Source: Pristiophorus japonicus
Taxonomy: Eukaryota
Assembly: GCF_044704955.1 (NCBI RefSeq)
Contig: NC_091999.1
Location: forward strand, 50,344,001-50,408,000
Direction of reading: 5' to 3'
Length of the DNA stretch: 64,000 nt
Shown here: piece by piece, positions 48,043 through 62,510 of the stretch
How positions within the stretch are numbered: position 1 is the stretch's first letter
How the letters are laid out: the number at the start of each line of letters is the position of its first letter
The notes under the pieces: generated by a model
What the model saw: only the letters and a program-made list of their open reading frames with translations
Database searches by the model: none
Told to the model about the DNA's origin: nothing
Position numbers and translations under genes: made by a program

Positions 48043-48439
48043 ATCAGACCCAAATTATCTCAATGGGAGAAAGCAGTTGTGCGATCTAATGATAACTTTT
48101 GTCTCCCATCCTGCAATAAAGCAGTCATAGTGTAGTAGGTGGTGCTATCTTTGGACAGAGCACCCCTTGTTCTGCAGCAAACCGTCATACGGCAGAAGGG
48201 GTGCTAAAATTATAAAGCATATCCCTCATCATCCGATAAATCAATAATAGGGATGGTACAACTAGACAGACAAATAAGATGTAAACAGAAACGTGTTTTA
48301 TCAATTAAAACATGCAATACTCAAATAAACAGGGTTGAATACAGGAAACAGCTAAAGAAAATGATGGCTGCTATCACATCATCAAACACTAATGGACTAA
48401 TGGTTTGTAGACAACTGTGGCAGTAATGGGATCAGCATT

Positions 48440-50360
48440 TTTCTTTACGTGGTGAATCAGAGACTTATCAAAGATTGTATTGGGCCACTGAATGGTGTTC
48501 AAGGGCAGGTTTCAAAGGAATCACTAAGAATGGTGGAAATATTACATTTGTACTTTGCATCAGTCTTCACCCTAGAAAATGATTCTCGAATATTAGAATT
48601 TAATTCTAGTAGTTTTGTTAGCAGCATTACCAAAGATAAAAACATTAGGGTAAAAATAATTAAGAACTTGAAAATAGATAGAGCAGCCGCGCTGGATGAT
48701 ATCCACCTGATGGTCCTCTGGGAGATAGGACATGAGCTGTGAGAGCTGCTGGCCTGTATTTTTAATAGCTCACTGCTCTCTTGAATGGTTCCTACAGATT
48801 GGATGGAGACTAATGCAGACCCCATTTTTGAAATAGGTGACAAGACAGACTCGGGCAACTAAAAGCCCATAAGTTTAACATCAGTAATATGTAAGATGCT
48901 TGAAGCAAACATAAGGGATTTAAGAATACTTGGATAGGGAGGGACATTTTAGGCATACCAATATGACTTCATAAAAAAGAGGTAGTATCTCACAAATCTA
49001 ATTGTATTTTTTGAAACAGTTACGAAGTTTGTGGATCAGGGAAGCCCAGTAGACATTGTCCACTCAGATTTCCCAAAACATTTTGAAAAATACCGCACAA
49101 AAGGCTTTTGTATAAGATCGGAGCCTCTGGTATACATTGAAATATATTGAGTTGGATTCAGAACTGGCTGGCAGGAAACAGTCAAAAAGTAATAATTGAT
49201 GGATTTGAATCTGATTGTAGACTAGTCACCCGTAGTGTCCCGCAGGGGTCAGTGTTGGGTATATTGTGTTTTACTATTTTTAATAATGATCTAGATTTTG
49301 GGGTTGCGCGCAAAACTTTTAAATTTGCAGATGATACCAAGATCTGAGTGAGATTTTGAATTATAGCAGATGCTCGACTGCTTCAGGCAGATCTTAATGT
49401 GCTGGTAGATTATGCTCAAGACTGGAAAATTATGTACAACTTAGATAAGTGCATATTTATGCATGTAGTTAGGGCAAATGTTCACATTCTTACACCCTCC
49501 AGGGAAAGGTATTAAAGTTGGCGCAGATAGAAATGGAATTGCGCATTCTAGTACATACATCCTTAAAGTTACATGAGCAATGCCGTGCAGTTATAGTTAC
49601 AGCAAATAAGGCATCGGGGTGTATCCAAATGACTTTTGATTATAATAGGACGTTTACTGTTATGTCCTTGAACAAGGCCTTAATCAGACCGAGCTTTGAA
49701 TACTGTGTCCAGTTTTGTCCTCCTCACATGATAGGTGATTTTGACACTCTGAAAAGGAGAACAAGAGGGTCACGAGGCTATTTCCAAGTATAAAGCATTT
49801 TAATTACCAAGATAGGTTGAATGAGTTGGTACTCAATTCCTTAGATCAGCGTAGACTTAGGGGGGATCTGATTGAGGTTTATATAATAATGAAGGAAATA
49901 GAAGGTTTTCCAACCGATAGTTTATTTCAATTAAATAGGTGAGGTTGGACCAGATATCACACATTTAAGTTGTATAGGACTAGATCTAGGTTAGATGTCA
50001 GGAGGTGGATCTTTTCCCAGAAGATAGTAGACCACTGTACAATCTGTCGTTTCCTGTAATGAATGCAGACTCACTGAATTCCTCAATTGAAAGCAGGATA
50101 TGTTTCTGGCTGCGGTAGAGATCACATGTTATAGAAGGGAGGTACTGCAGGGAATTCAAGGCCAGAGTAATCACCTGGACTAGTTTCGATCATCTAGATG
50201 GATCAGAGAAGAATTTGCCAAATTTCTTCCCCCAAATTGGCCTGGGTTTTTAATCAGACTTTTGCTACTTCCAGGAGATCACATGGTTTCGGGCGGCGTG
50301 GGACAGGCTCAATGGACCAGATGGTCTTAACCTTTCCATCATTGCATGTATGCTCGTATC
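48440..50360 (+). mobile_element. Old CR1-clade LINE of a different subfamily (RT to 3' UTR)
   Basis: [23 protein letters not shown] with many stops; distinct long 3' UTR. Confidence 0.85.
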
Positions 50361-50579
50361 TTTGTTTGTAGAGTGTCCGTTCTCTTGCAGTAAATCTGTC
50401 ATATGGCAGTGGGCGTTGCTAAATGTATACAGAGCGTCGTTTGTCTTGCGGCAAATCAGTCAGAGGGAGGCAGGGGGCGCAACAATTATTAAAGAACATA
50501 CTATTCCATGCGTTAAAAAATTAAGAAAGCAGTAGGGGGCGCTACAATTATAAACGAATAAAGATATTGAAAAAGAGAT

Positions 50580-50745
50580 NNNNNNNNNNNNNNNNNNNNN
50601 NNNNNNNNNNNNNNNNNNNNNNNNNNNNNNNNNNNNNNNNNNNNNNNNNNNNNNNNNNNNNNNNNNNNNNNNNNNNNNNNNNNNNNNNNNNNNNNNNNNN
50701 NNNNNNNNNNNNNNNNNNNNNNNNNNNNNNNNNNNNNNNNNNNNN
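50580..50745. other. Assembly gap, followed by a GATA/GACA simple repeat (50760-51000)
   Basis: Run of N, then (TAGA)/(CAGA)-rich tract. Confidence 0.95.
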
Positions 50746-51469
50746 AGAGAGGGATAATCTGCCAGCTAGGCAGATAGAAAGATAGACAGACAGCCAAATA
50801 GATTGATAGTTACATAGATCGACTGATACATACATAGATAGATAGACAGACATACCGACAGACAGGCTGATAGACAGACTGACAGACTGACTAACAGATA
50901 GATAGTTAGACAGAAAGACAAAGAGGGCTAGAAGAATCTATAGATACATAGACAGACTGAAAGATAGATATTGATAGGGCACACAGAGAGCTCGGTAGAT
51001 AGGTAAATATCATGTTGAAAGCAACATATTAATGAAAGGAATGTCCTTGAAGAGAAAATGAGCGCTGTTTGCAGTTCGAGTTGTGTGTGTGGAAAAGTTA
51101 CAATTTCAAAATCAAGTTATGGAAATCTCATTTTGTACTGACATGTAATGCACTGCATGGTGGGACTGGTGACCAGAGTCTGCAATAACATAATGCAGGA
51201 GAGGGGCGAGGGTCAGGAGATGGAAACAGCAGGGTGTATTGACACTTGATAAATGTACATTTGGCACACTGTAACTAAAGAATGTAAACAACTTGCTCAT
51301 CCAGTCTGAATCAGACCGACCTTCATCTCCTTTCCTTGTTGCTGGATGTGATGCTATGTCTCAGGATCAAGTGGACACTATCTCAACAGTCCTTAAAACC
51401 GTGGATGTACATTACGAGTCACATCAGAAATTATATTCAAATGAAAATCAGTGAGGCACAATGCAGGGA

Positions 51470-51884
51470 TACATAATAACATAAAAAATCGGAGCAGCAA
51501 GAGGCCATTTGGCCCTGCGAGCCTCTCCGCCCTTCAGTATGGTAATGGCTGATCTTGTACCTCAACTGCACTTTCCAGCACTATCAAGAATCCCTTGATT
51601 CACTTATTATCCGACAATCTATCGACATGTGCATTGAATATACTGAACGAGTATGCCTCCACTGCCCTCTTGAGCAGAGAATTCCAAAGAATCACCCCCC
51701 TCTGTGAAGACATTTCTTTTCATCTAAGTCCTGGTTTATCCTGAGATAGTGAAAGCCTAGTTCTAGACTCTCCTGCCAGATCTTCCCTGCGTCTACCCTG
51801 TAAAGCCCTGGATGAATGTTGTAGTTTTTATATGACATTTTATTCTTCGTAACTCTAGAGGATATAGGAGTAGTCTCCTCAATC
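51470..51884 (-). mobile_element. Old CR1 3' fragment ending at an assembly gap (51885-52192)
   Basis: GGCCATTTGGCCCTGCGAGCCT...ATGGCTGATCTT CR1 3' UTR on the minus strand. Confidence 0.75.
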
Positions 51885-52194
51885 NNNNNNNNNNNNNNNN
51901 NNNNNNNNNNNNNNNNNNNNNNNNNNNNNNNNNNNNNNNNNNNNNNNNNNNNNNNNNNNNNNNNNNNNNNNNNNNNNNNNNNNNNNNNNNNNNNNNNNNN
52001 NNNNNNNNNNNNNNNNNNNNNNNNNNNNNNNNNNNNNNNNNNNNNNNNNNNNNNNNNNNNNNNNNNNNNNNNNNNNNNNNNNNNNNNNNNNNNNNNNNNN
52101 NNNNNNNNNNNNNNNNNNNNNNNNNNNNNNNNNNNNNNNNNNNNNNNNNNNNNNNNNNNNNNNNNNNNNNNNNNNNNNNNNNNNNNNNNNNNAG

Positions 52195-52908
52195 CAGGGA
52201 CTAAGAGGCACCCGTCACCGTGCAGATATTACCATGAGGGTTTCAGACTGAGACACCAGTCGATGTACTGATATGTCCCTGAGGAGGGAAGTCATATGGA
52301 TACCAATCAATGTCGAGATCTCCCCCTGAAGGAGAGGGAGTGAGAGAAATCAGTCAATGTACAGATATCTCCCTGTGGAGTGGAACTGAGGGACATCAGT
52401 CAATATTCTGATATCTCCATGAAGGAGAGGGACAGAGATAAACCGTCCATTGTACAGATAGCTCCTCAGGACATCAGACAGAGAGACACCCGTCAGTGTC
52501 CAGATATCTCTTGAGTATGCAGGTATAGCCATGAGGGATAGGGGAATGAGGACAACAGTCGATATATTGATACCTCCATGCTTGACAGGGATGGAGAGAC
52601 AGGAGCCAGTGCATAGCTATCTCTCTCAGAGAGAGGAGACTGAGACGCCAGGCACTGCACAGATATCTCTTGTGCGAGCAGGGACTGAGGGACACCAGCC
52701 AGTCTATAGAAATCTCCCTGAGTTGGGAAGGGACTGAGAGATACCAGCAGTGTACAAACATTTCTTGAGTGAAAGAGACTGGGAGACACCAGTCAATGTA
52801 AATATGTTTTCCTGCGAGAGAGGTGGGAGTCATCGAGACATCTGTAAATATACAGTTAACATCGGGAGGGAGAGGGAATTAGATATTAGTCAGTGCACAG
52901 ATATCTCG
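52195..52908 (+). repeat. About 46-47-bp minisatellite, about 14 diverged copies
   Basis: Unit CAGTCAATGTACAGATATCTCCCTGTGGAGTGGAACTGAGGGACAC. Confidence 0.85.
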
Positions 52909-53069
52909 CTTTCTCACGTATAGGATGACATTATTTTCAGTATTTCAATAACTTTAATCATATCCGTCCATTTACAGGATGCAGTTTCCTCCTTGATGTG
53001 TGAAATTATGCATGCTGGAACCTCAGGGATCTCTTGTATCTACTGGTTTCTAAAGATTTCAGAGAGGAA

Positions 53070-54312
53070 CATCATAGAATCACAAAGGTTTACAGCACGG
53101 AAGGAGGCCATTTCCTCCCATCGTGACTATGCCGGTCAATCAGAGGCAAACCAGCCAAATCCCACTTCCCATCCTTGGTCCGTAACCGTGCAGGTTACGA
53201 TACTTCAACTGCACATTCAAGTACTTTGTAAATGTGGTGAGGGTTACGCCCTATACCACCCTTTCAGCCAGTGAGTTCCAGACCTCCGAAACGCTCTGCA
53301 TTAAGAAATTCCCCTCAACTGCGCTCTAAACCTTCTACCAATTACTTTAAATTTATGCCCGCTGTAAGTCGACCCCTCTGCTATGGGAAATAGACCCTTT
53401 CTATCTATTCTATCTTGGCCCCTCATAATTGAATACACCTCAATCAGTTCTCCGCTCAGCCTCGTCTGTTCCTAGGAAAACAAATTTAGCCAATCCAATC
53501 TGTACTCACAGCTAATATTCTCACTGCTACCAATATCCTCCTAAATCGCCTCTATACCCTCTCGAGTGCAATCACGTCCTTCCTGTTATGTGGTGACCAG
53601 AACTGCACTCACTACTACAGCTGTGGCCTAACCAGTATTTTATACAGTTCAAACATAAACCACCTTTCTTGTATGCTTTGCTTTGCCAAATAAAGGCAAG
53701 CATTCCGTAAGCCTTCTTAAACAGCTTATCTGCCGGTCTATTACCTTCAGGGATCTGTGGACATGCAATTTGGACATCCAAAGTCTCTTTGTTCGTCTAC
53801 ACTTCTCAGTTTCCAACCATTTAAAGTGTATTTCCGTTCCTTGATAGCCATCCTCAAATGCATTACCTCACAGTTCTCTGGATTCAATACAAATTTGCAC
53901 TATTCTGCCCCCCTGACCAGTTGATTGATAACTTCCTGCATTACGCAACTTCCCTCTTCATTACCAACCATATAGCCAGTTTTAGTATCATCTGCAAACT
54001 TCTCAATCATACCCCCATATTCAAGTCTAGATCATTGATGTATATCACAAAACGTTGAGATCTAGTACTGAGCCCTGTGGAACCCCACTGGAACGATCCT
54101 TCCAGCCACAAAAACACCCATCAACCGTTACCCATTGCTTCCTGCCTCTGAGCCAATTTTTGGTCCAACTTGCCACTTTGCCCTGTATCGCAAGAGTTTT
54201 TACTTTTGTGATCAGTTTGCCATGTGAGACCTTATCAAAAGCCTAGCGAAAATCCATATTCACTACTTCATATGTTTGGCTCTCATCGACCCACCTGGTT
54301 AATTTCTCAAAA
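53070..54312 (-). mobile_element. Old CR1 RT-to-tail fragment
   Basis: Minus-strand GVPQGSVL and FADDTK motifs; CR1 tail at about 53070. Confidence 0.85.
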
Positions 54313-54887
54313 AGGAGTTAACTTCAACCAGTCAAACCCAGTGAGATCGGATTAACATGGTGGAGAAGCAACTGATAACTTCAACAACAAATAACCTTAC
54401 ATTGCAGTATCAACTGTTTTTGGAGAATATATCTTTAATTTCCCCCATATTTTGATCGGTTGCTCTTTATTATTTGCCACAACATCAAATGGTTAGTTTT
54501 GAGGGTTGGAACGCAAGTCAACAGATCAGGGTCGGAGATCAACTCATCCAATCAGACTGGGCCCTCGATGGACAACGCCTATGACGAAGTGGCACAGAAC
54601 AAAACCATCGACCTTCCCTGTTTCCTTGTATTAGTGCTTGTATCGGGCATTACCGGGACCTCAAGTGCACTGTAGCACATCGTACGAATGAAGAAGGTCT
54701 CACAAGCAAGTGATGTCCTCCTTCTGGATTTAATGATCACCGACTTCTTGATTATCCTGGTCTCTATACTTTCTCTTATTCAATTTATCCTTGGAAGCAG
54801 ATTATGGAGTAATTCCGTGATGTCAGTGCCCTCTTGCGTCTAATCAATCTTTATGGCAACGCACTTTTCATGACCTGCATTGCTATT

Positions 54888-57425
54888 ACATAGAAACATA
54901 GAAAATAGGTGCAAAAGTAGGTCATTCGGCCCTTCGAGCCTGCACCACCATTCAATATGATCATGGCTGATCATGCAACTTCATTACCCCATTCCTGCTT
55001 TCTCTCCATACCCCTTGATCCCTTTAGCTGCAAGTGCCTCATCTAAGTCCCTTTTGAATATGTCTAACCAACTGGCCTCAACAGCTTCCTGTGGTAGAGA
55101 ATTCCACAGGTTCACATTTCTCTGAGTGAAGACGTTTCTCCTCATCTCGGTCCTAATTGGCTTACCCCTTATCCTTAGACTCATGGTGCTGGACTTCCAC
55201 AAGATCGGGACCATACTTTTTGCATCTAACCTGTCCAATCCCGTCAGAATTTAGCGTGTTTCTATGAGATCCCCTCTCATTCTTCTAAATTCCAGTGAAT
55301 ATATGCCAAGTCGATCCAGTCTTTCTTCATATGTCAGTTCTGCCATCCCGCGAATCTGTCTTTTGAACCGTCGCTGCACTCCCTCAATAGCAAGAATGTC
55401 CTTCCTCAGGTAAGGAGACCAAAACTCTACACAAATATCAAGGTGTGGCCTCACCAAGGCCCTGTACAACTTCAGTAAGACCTCTCTGCTCCTATATTCT
55501 ATAACTTTCGCTATGAAGGCCAACATGCCATTCACCGCTTGCTGAACCTTCATACCAACTTTCAATAACTGATGTACCATGACACCCAGGTGTCGTTGCA
55601 CCTCCACTTTTCTTACTTGTCACCATTCAGATAATATTTTGCTTCCCTGTTTTTGTCACCAAAGTGGATAACCTCACATTTATCTATATTATACTGCATC
55701 TGCCATGCATTTGCCCACTCACCTAACCTGTCCAAGTCACCCTGCAGCCTGTTACCATCCTCCTCACAGTTCACACTGCCATCCAACTTAGTGTCATCTG
55801 CAAACTTGGAAATATTATTTTCAATTCCTTCGTCTAAATCATTAATGTATATCGTAACTAGCTGAGGTCCCAGCACTGAACCTTGAGGTACCACACTCGT
55901 CACTGTCTGCAATTCTGAAAAGGAACCGTTTATTCCTACTCTTTGCTTCCTGTCTACCAATTAGTTCTCTATCTACGTCAATACATTACCCCCAATACCA
56001 TGTGCTTTAATTTTTACACACTAATCTCTGATGTGGGACCTGGCCAAAAACCGTTTGAAAGTCCAAATACACCACAACCACTGGTTCTCCCTTGTCCACG
56101 CTACTGGTTACATCCTAAAAAACTTCTAGACGATTTGGCAAACCTGATTTCCCTTTCATTAATCCATGCTGACTTGGACCGATCCTGTCACTGCTTTCCA
56201 AATGCGCTGCTGTTACATCTTCAATGATGGATTTCAACATTTTTCCCACTACCGATGTCAGGCTAACCGGTCTATAATTCCCTGTATTCTCTCTCCCACC
56301 TTTTTTAAAACGTGGGGTTACATTAGCTATCCTCCAATCCATAGGAACTGATCTAGAATCTATAGAATGTTGGAAAATGCACACCAAATCATCCATTATT
56401 TCTTGGGCAACATCCTTAAATACTCAAGGATGCAGAATATCAGTCACTGGTGTTTTATTGGCCGTCAATCCCATCAATTTCCCTAACACCTGATTCTGAC
56501 TTCAAGGGAACTATATTTGTCCTAACTAATTTTTTTCTCTTTACATATCTATCGAAGCTTTGCAGTCAGTTTTCATGTTCTCGGCAAGCTTCCTCTCATA
56601 CTCTAGTTGCCCCCTCCTAATTAAATCCTTTGTCCTCCTCTGCTGAATTCTAAATTTCTCCCAGTGCTCAGGTTTGCTGCTTTTCAGGCTAGTTTATATG
56701 CTTCTTCCTTGGATTTAACACAATCCCTAATTTCACTTGATAGCTACGGTTGAGCCAATTTCCCCGTTTTATTTTTATGCCAGACAGGGATGTGTAATTA
56801 TTGAATTTCATCCATGTGATCTTTAAAGTCTGCAATTGCCTATCCACCGTCAACCCTTTAAATATCATTCGTCAGTCTTTCCTAGCCAATCCACGTTTCA
56901 TTCCATCGAAATGAACATTCTTTAATTTCAGGACTTTAGTCTCTGAATTAACTGTGTCACTCTCCATCTTAATGAAGAATTATATCACATTAAGGTCACT
57001 CTTCCCCAAGTGGCCTCGTAGAACAAGATTGCTAATTAATCCTCTCTCATTACACAATCTAGGATGGCCAGCTCTCTGGTTGGTTCCTCGACATATTGGT
57101 CTCGAAAACCATCCCTTATACACTCCAGGAAATCCTCCTCCACCATATTGCTACCAGTTTGGTTAGCCCAATCTATATGTAAATTAAAGTCACCCGTGCT
57201 AACTGCTGTACCTTTATTGCACGCATCCCTAATTTCCAGTTTGATGCCACCCCAACCTCACTATGACTGTTTGGTGGTCCGTACACAAATTCCACTAGCG
57301 TTTTCTGCCCTTTGGTGTTCCGCAGCTCTACCCATACAGATTCCGCTTCATCCAAGCTAATGTCCTTCTTTACTATTGCTTTAATCTCCTCTTTAACCAG
57401 CAACGCTACCCGATCTCCTTGACCA
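54888..57425 (-). mobile_element. CR1 LINE ORF2 (endonuclease part to tail), internally deleted
   Basis: ORFs 54984-57448: ESVWVELRN, GNYRPVSLTSVVGK, PQGSVLGP, FADDTKL. Confidence 0.93.
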
Positions 57426-58836
57426 ATATATTTTTTTGCCCACCACATTAGGTCTCATGTGTGGTGAAGGCCTTGATGCTACCTCATTCTAGCCTATGCA
57501 ATTTGGGTGGCAGTGTTGGCCCTGAGCCTGATAGCCTTTTCATAATGAGAATTAGCTGATAAGGTTTCATGCAAATATATGCAATTATCGTGGCAAATTT
57601 TCATGCAATTTTTTTAAATTAAATTATTTCCGATCCTGATGTTGTTGATCTGCTATACCCTAACCGCAAAATAATGATAGAAGTGGGAGCTGAGAAGGAA
57701 TCTATAGAGCTGATGAAGAAGAAAGTGCTGAAGTACATTCGTGTAATTTTGGTGCTTCTTTTCTGCTTTGACCCTTATCACATCCCTGAACTGTATTTTG
57801 ATTGTATTTTGAGATTAAGGATTTGCTAGATCCAGCGAATCCATTCCCAGTTTTTTTACAGGGGCAATAGTAAATTTTACAACTGGACCCTCCCTTCATT
57901 CATTGCCTTCCTCAATCCCTTGCTGTACATTTTCAGGTCGCAGAGCTTTGAATGGCGATCGCGCTGCTGCACTGTGTAACATGCTCGAAACAGTAACCCA
58001 CACGCTCACATCAGCAGGGTCTGAGTTAGAGTGTAAGAACTCACCATCTGCTTTTCCACATTAAGTACGGAGAGAATGTGCTGAAGACACGGACATCAGG
58101 AGCAACAGTGTTTGTCCAGTTGTTGCGACTGAGCAAATAGGGTACAAATTATAGCAGATTGAACTTGCCTGAAGTGAAATCATTCCAAACTTAGCTTATG
58201 TGTCCATCAAGAACGAATGATTACATTTATCTATCAATGTTACGTACTCATAAATTTGTTTTCTGTTGATTTATCTTACCGCGTATCACTATAAGTACCG
58301 TTTAACCATATGCATATCTATCCAACCATCCATCAATTTCCATCTTTCTATGTATGTTGCTGTTGATGCATCGATTAATATCTCTATCACAGAATTCTTC
58401 TACCATTATCTACATATTTATGTATCTCCATAATCTATCTATCTCTCTATCTAACTTTATTTATATGTTGCTATCTAAATCTGTTTATCTCTCCATCTAT
58501 CTGTCTCCATCACTCCTTCTATCGATCTGTCTCTATCGAATATTATTGGCCTGAATTGGCGGTCAGAGCTTTCCCATGGTCGAATGCCTCTGAACGACAA
58601 GAAAATACGAACCTAACTGATGGTCACGGAAGTTCGAACACTGGCGCTCCTGGGCCTCTACAGGTACGCAGGCATAAACGTCCACATATCCCAGGGGTGC
58701 ACGCGTTTAGCATGTGACCCTGGGATCATTTGGGCCAGGCCGACCAAACAAAAGGTGAATCCTAGTTATCTTCATGGAGATTCCACGAACTTTTGGAATC
58801 AACAAAAGCATAAATAGGAATGTGCCTGTTGGACAT

Positions 58837-61815
58837 GGCCAGAAAAAGCAGCAAACCTGAGGACTGGGAGAAATTTAGAATTCAGCAGAGGAGGACTAAG
58901 GGTCAATTTCGGACCGTGGAATATAGATTATGAGAGGAAGCTTTCTGGGAACATAAAAACTGACTGCAAAAGCTTCTATAGATATGAAAAGAGGAAAAGA
59001 TTAGTGAAGACAAACGTAGGCCTCTTTCAATCAGAATCAAGTGAATTTATAATGGGAAACAAAGAAATGGCAGACCAATTGAACAAATACTTTTGTTCTG
59101 TCTTCAATGAGGAAGACACAAATAAGGTTTCAGAAATACTAGTTCCTCCTTCTCGATGGTCTATCGAGAAGGAGGAACTGAAGGAAATTCTTATTGGACA
59201 GGAAATTGTGTAAGGGAAATTGACGGGATTGAAGGCCGATAAATTCCCAGGGCCTGATAGTCTGCATCCCACGAGTACTTACGGAAGTGACCCTAGAAAT
59301 AATGGATGCATCGATGATAATTTTCCAACAGTCTATCGACTCTGGATTAGTTCCTATGGACTCGAGGGTAGTTAATGTAACACCACTGTTTAAAAAAGGA
59401 GGGAGAGAGAAAAGGGGAAATTATAGACCAATTAGCCTGACATAAGTACTGGGGGAAATGTTGGAATCAATTGTTAAAGATGAATTAGCGGCATTTGGAA
59501 ATCAGTGAAAGAGCGCTCCAAGTCTGCATGCATTTAGGAAAGGGAAATCATGCTTGAAGAATCTTTTAGACTTTTTGAGGACGCAACTAGTGGAGTGGAC
59601 AAGGGAGAACCAGTGGATGTGATGTATTTGGACTTTCAAAAGGCTTGTGACAAGGTACCACACAAGAGATTGGTGTGCAAAGTAAAGCACATGGTATTGG
59701 GGGCAATGTATTGACGTGGATAGAGAAATGGTTAGCAGACAGGAAGCAGAGAGTCGGGTTAAACGTGTCCTTTTCAGAATTGCAGGCAGTGACTAGTGGG
59801 GTGCCACAGGGGTCAGTGCTGGGATCCCAGATATTTACAATATACATCAATGATTTAGATGCAGGAATTGAGAGTAATATCTCCAAGCTTGCAGATGACA
59901 CTTAGCTGGGTGGTGGTGTGACCTGTGAGGAGGATGCTAAGAGACTGCAGGATGACTCGGACAGGTTAGGTGAGTAAGCAAATGCATCACAGATGCAGTA
60001 TAATGTGGATAAATGTGTGGTTATCCAATTTGGTGGCAAAAAGGTGAAGCCAGAATATTATCTGAATGGTGGCAGATTATGTAAAGGAGAGGTGCAACAA
60101 GACCTGCGTGTCATGGTACATAAGTCATTGAAGCTTGAAATGCAGGTGCAGCAAGTGGTGAAGAAGGCAAATGGCATTTGGGCGTTCACAGCTAGGGGTT
60201 TTCAGTATAGGAGCAGGGAAGTCTTCCTGCAGCTCTACAGGGCCTTGGTGAGGCCTCTCTTGGAATATTGTGTTCACTTTTGGTCTCCTAATCTGAGGAA
60301 GGAAGTTCTTGCTATTGAGGGAGTGCAGCGCAGGTTCACCAGACTGATGCCCGGGATGGCAGGACTGACATCTGAGGAGAGACTGGATCGACTGGGCGTC
60401 TATTCGCTGGAGTTTAGAAGAATGAGAGGGGATCTCCTACAAACATACAAAATTCTGACGGGACTGGACAGGTTAAATGCCGGAAGAATGTGCACGATGT
60501 TGGGGGAGTTCAGAACTAGAGGTCAGAGTCTAAGATTGAGGGCTAAGCCATTTAGGACCGAGATGAGGAGAAACTACTTCACGCAGAGAGTTGCTCTCCT
60601 GTGGAATTCTTTTCCGCAGAGAGTTGTTGATGCCAGTTCGTTAGATATATTCAGGTGGGAGTTGAATATGGACTTTATGGCTAAAGGGAGCAAGGGGTAT
60701 GGAGAGAAGGCAGGAAATGGGTATTGAGGTGAACATAGAAACATAGAAACATAGAAACATAGAAAATAGGTGCAGGAGCAGGCCATTCAGCCCTTCTAGC
60801 CTGCACCGCCATTCAATGAGTTCATGGCTGAACATGAAACTTCAGTGCACCCTTCCTGCTTTCTCGCCATAACCCTTGATCCCCCGAGTAGTAAGGACTT
60901 CATTTAATTCCCTTTTGAATATATTTAGTGAATTGGCCTCAACTATTTTCTGTGGTAGAGAATTCCACAGGTTCACCACTCTCTGGGTGAAGAAGTTTCT
61001 CCTCATCTCGGTCCTAAATGGCTTACCCCTTATACTCAGACTGTGACCCCTGGTTCTGGACTTCACCAACATTGGGAACATTCTTCCTGCATCTAACCTG
61101 TCTAAACCCGTCAGAATTTTAAACGTTTCTATGAGGTCCCCTCTCATTCTTTTGAACTCCAGTGAATAAAAGCCCAGTTAATCCAGTCTTTCTTGATAGG
61201 TCAGTCCCGCCATCCCGGGAATCAGTCTAGTGAATCTTCGCTGCACTCCCTCAATAGCACGAATGTCCTTCCTCAAGTTAGGAGACCAAAACTGTACACA
61301 ATACTCCAGGTGCGGCCCCACCGAGGCCCTGTACTACTGTAGCAACACCTCCCTGCCCCTGTATTCAAATCCCCTCGCTATGAAGGCCAGCATGCCATTT
61401 GCTTTCTTAACCGCCTGCTGTACCTGCATGTTAACCTTCAATGACTGATGTACCATGACACCCAGGTCTCGTTGCACCTTCCATTTTCGTAATCTGTCAC
61501 CATTCAGATAATAGTCTTTCTCTTTGTTTTTACCACCAAAGTGGATAACCTCACATTTATCCACATTATACTTCATGTGCCATGCATTTGCCCACTCACC
61601 TAACCTATCCAAGTCACTCTGCAGCCTAATAGCATCCTCCTCGCAGCTCACACTGCCACCCAACTTTGTGTCATCCGCAAATTGGGAGATACTGCATTTA
61701 ATCCCCTCGTCTAAATCATTAATGTTCAGCCATGATCTTATTTGATGGTGGTGCAGGCTCGAAGGTCCGAATGGCCTACTCCTGCAGCTATTTTCTATGT
61801 TTCTATGCTTCGATG
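58837..61815 (+). mobile_element. CR1 LINE whose 3' UTR is split by a nested antisense CR1
   Basis: ORF2 pieces 59004-60727. The 3' UTR stops at 60731 and resumes at about 61724 (TTCAGCCATGATC...TTTTCTATGTTTCTATG). Confidence 0.93.
60732..61723 (-). mobile_element. Younger CR1 3' fragment nested in the preceding CR1
   Basis: (TTCTATGT)4 tail at 60732-60763; FADDTK to C-terminus on the minus strand. Confidence 0.93.
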
Positions 61816-62094
61816 TTCCTACTGACCTGCTCTATCAGTTCCTCTCTACCTGGTTTTCAGAGATCACATTGTAGGTGAGCACCTTAATCGTGGAGCAGTT
61901 TGCGGACTTCTGCATAGTATACTGACACAGTGCCCCGCCCCCCTTCCCCCACCCCTGCACCACTTCCAGCACGTGACTCTCCTGCGCTTTCCGATTCTCT
62001 CTCCAACAGCTCACACTTTTGTCGTTGGTTGTTTTCTACTGACCTCGTATATTCTGGCCTCGTGTTTCGACTTCGCTGCTAGCCACCTGTGACG

Positions 62095-62510
62095 GTATTT
62101 TCTGCATCTTCCCTGGGTCCCGATCTCCTTGTTGGTCCGTGCTGTACCTTTCCTGGTCACAACCTACCTGTTGGACCGTGCTGTACCTTCCCTGGGTCCC
62201 GATCACCCTGTTGTTGCGTACCTTACTTTCCTCGAGTACCGATATTGCTGTTGGCCTCAGCCTCCGACCTCACTGCTGGTTTGTGATGAACCTTCCCTGG
62301 ATGCCAACTTTATTGCCTGTCTTGGCTTCCCGACCTCGCTTCTGCGCTGTGCCTCACGACCCTGCAGCTGGTCCGTGCTGTTTCTTCCCAGGATCCCGAC
62401 CTTACTGCTGGCCTTGGCTTCCCAACCTCGCTTCTGCACTCGGTCTCCGGACCTAGCTGCTGGTCTGTGCTGTACCTTCCCTGGGTTCCGTACTCCTGCC
62501 GACCCCTGCT
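62095..62510 (+). repeat. Degenerate GC-rich minisatellite of about 40 bp
   Basis: Recurring CTGYTGGTCCGTGCTGTACCTTCCCTGGGTCCCGA. Confidence 0.75.

Noticed and set aside
58545-58810. ncRNA suggested by the ATCCCAGGG...CCCTGGGAT hairpin (58688-58726)
   Set aside because: More consistent with an internal palindrome of a truncated MITE-like repeat; no promoter or family motif supports an RNA gene.
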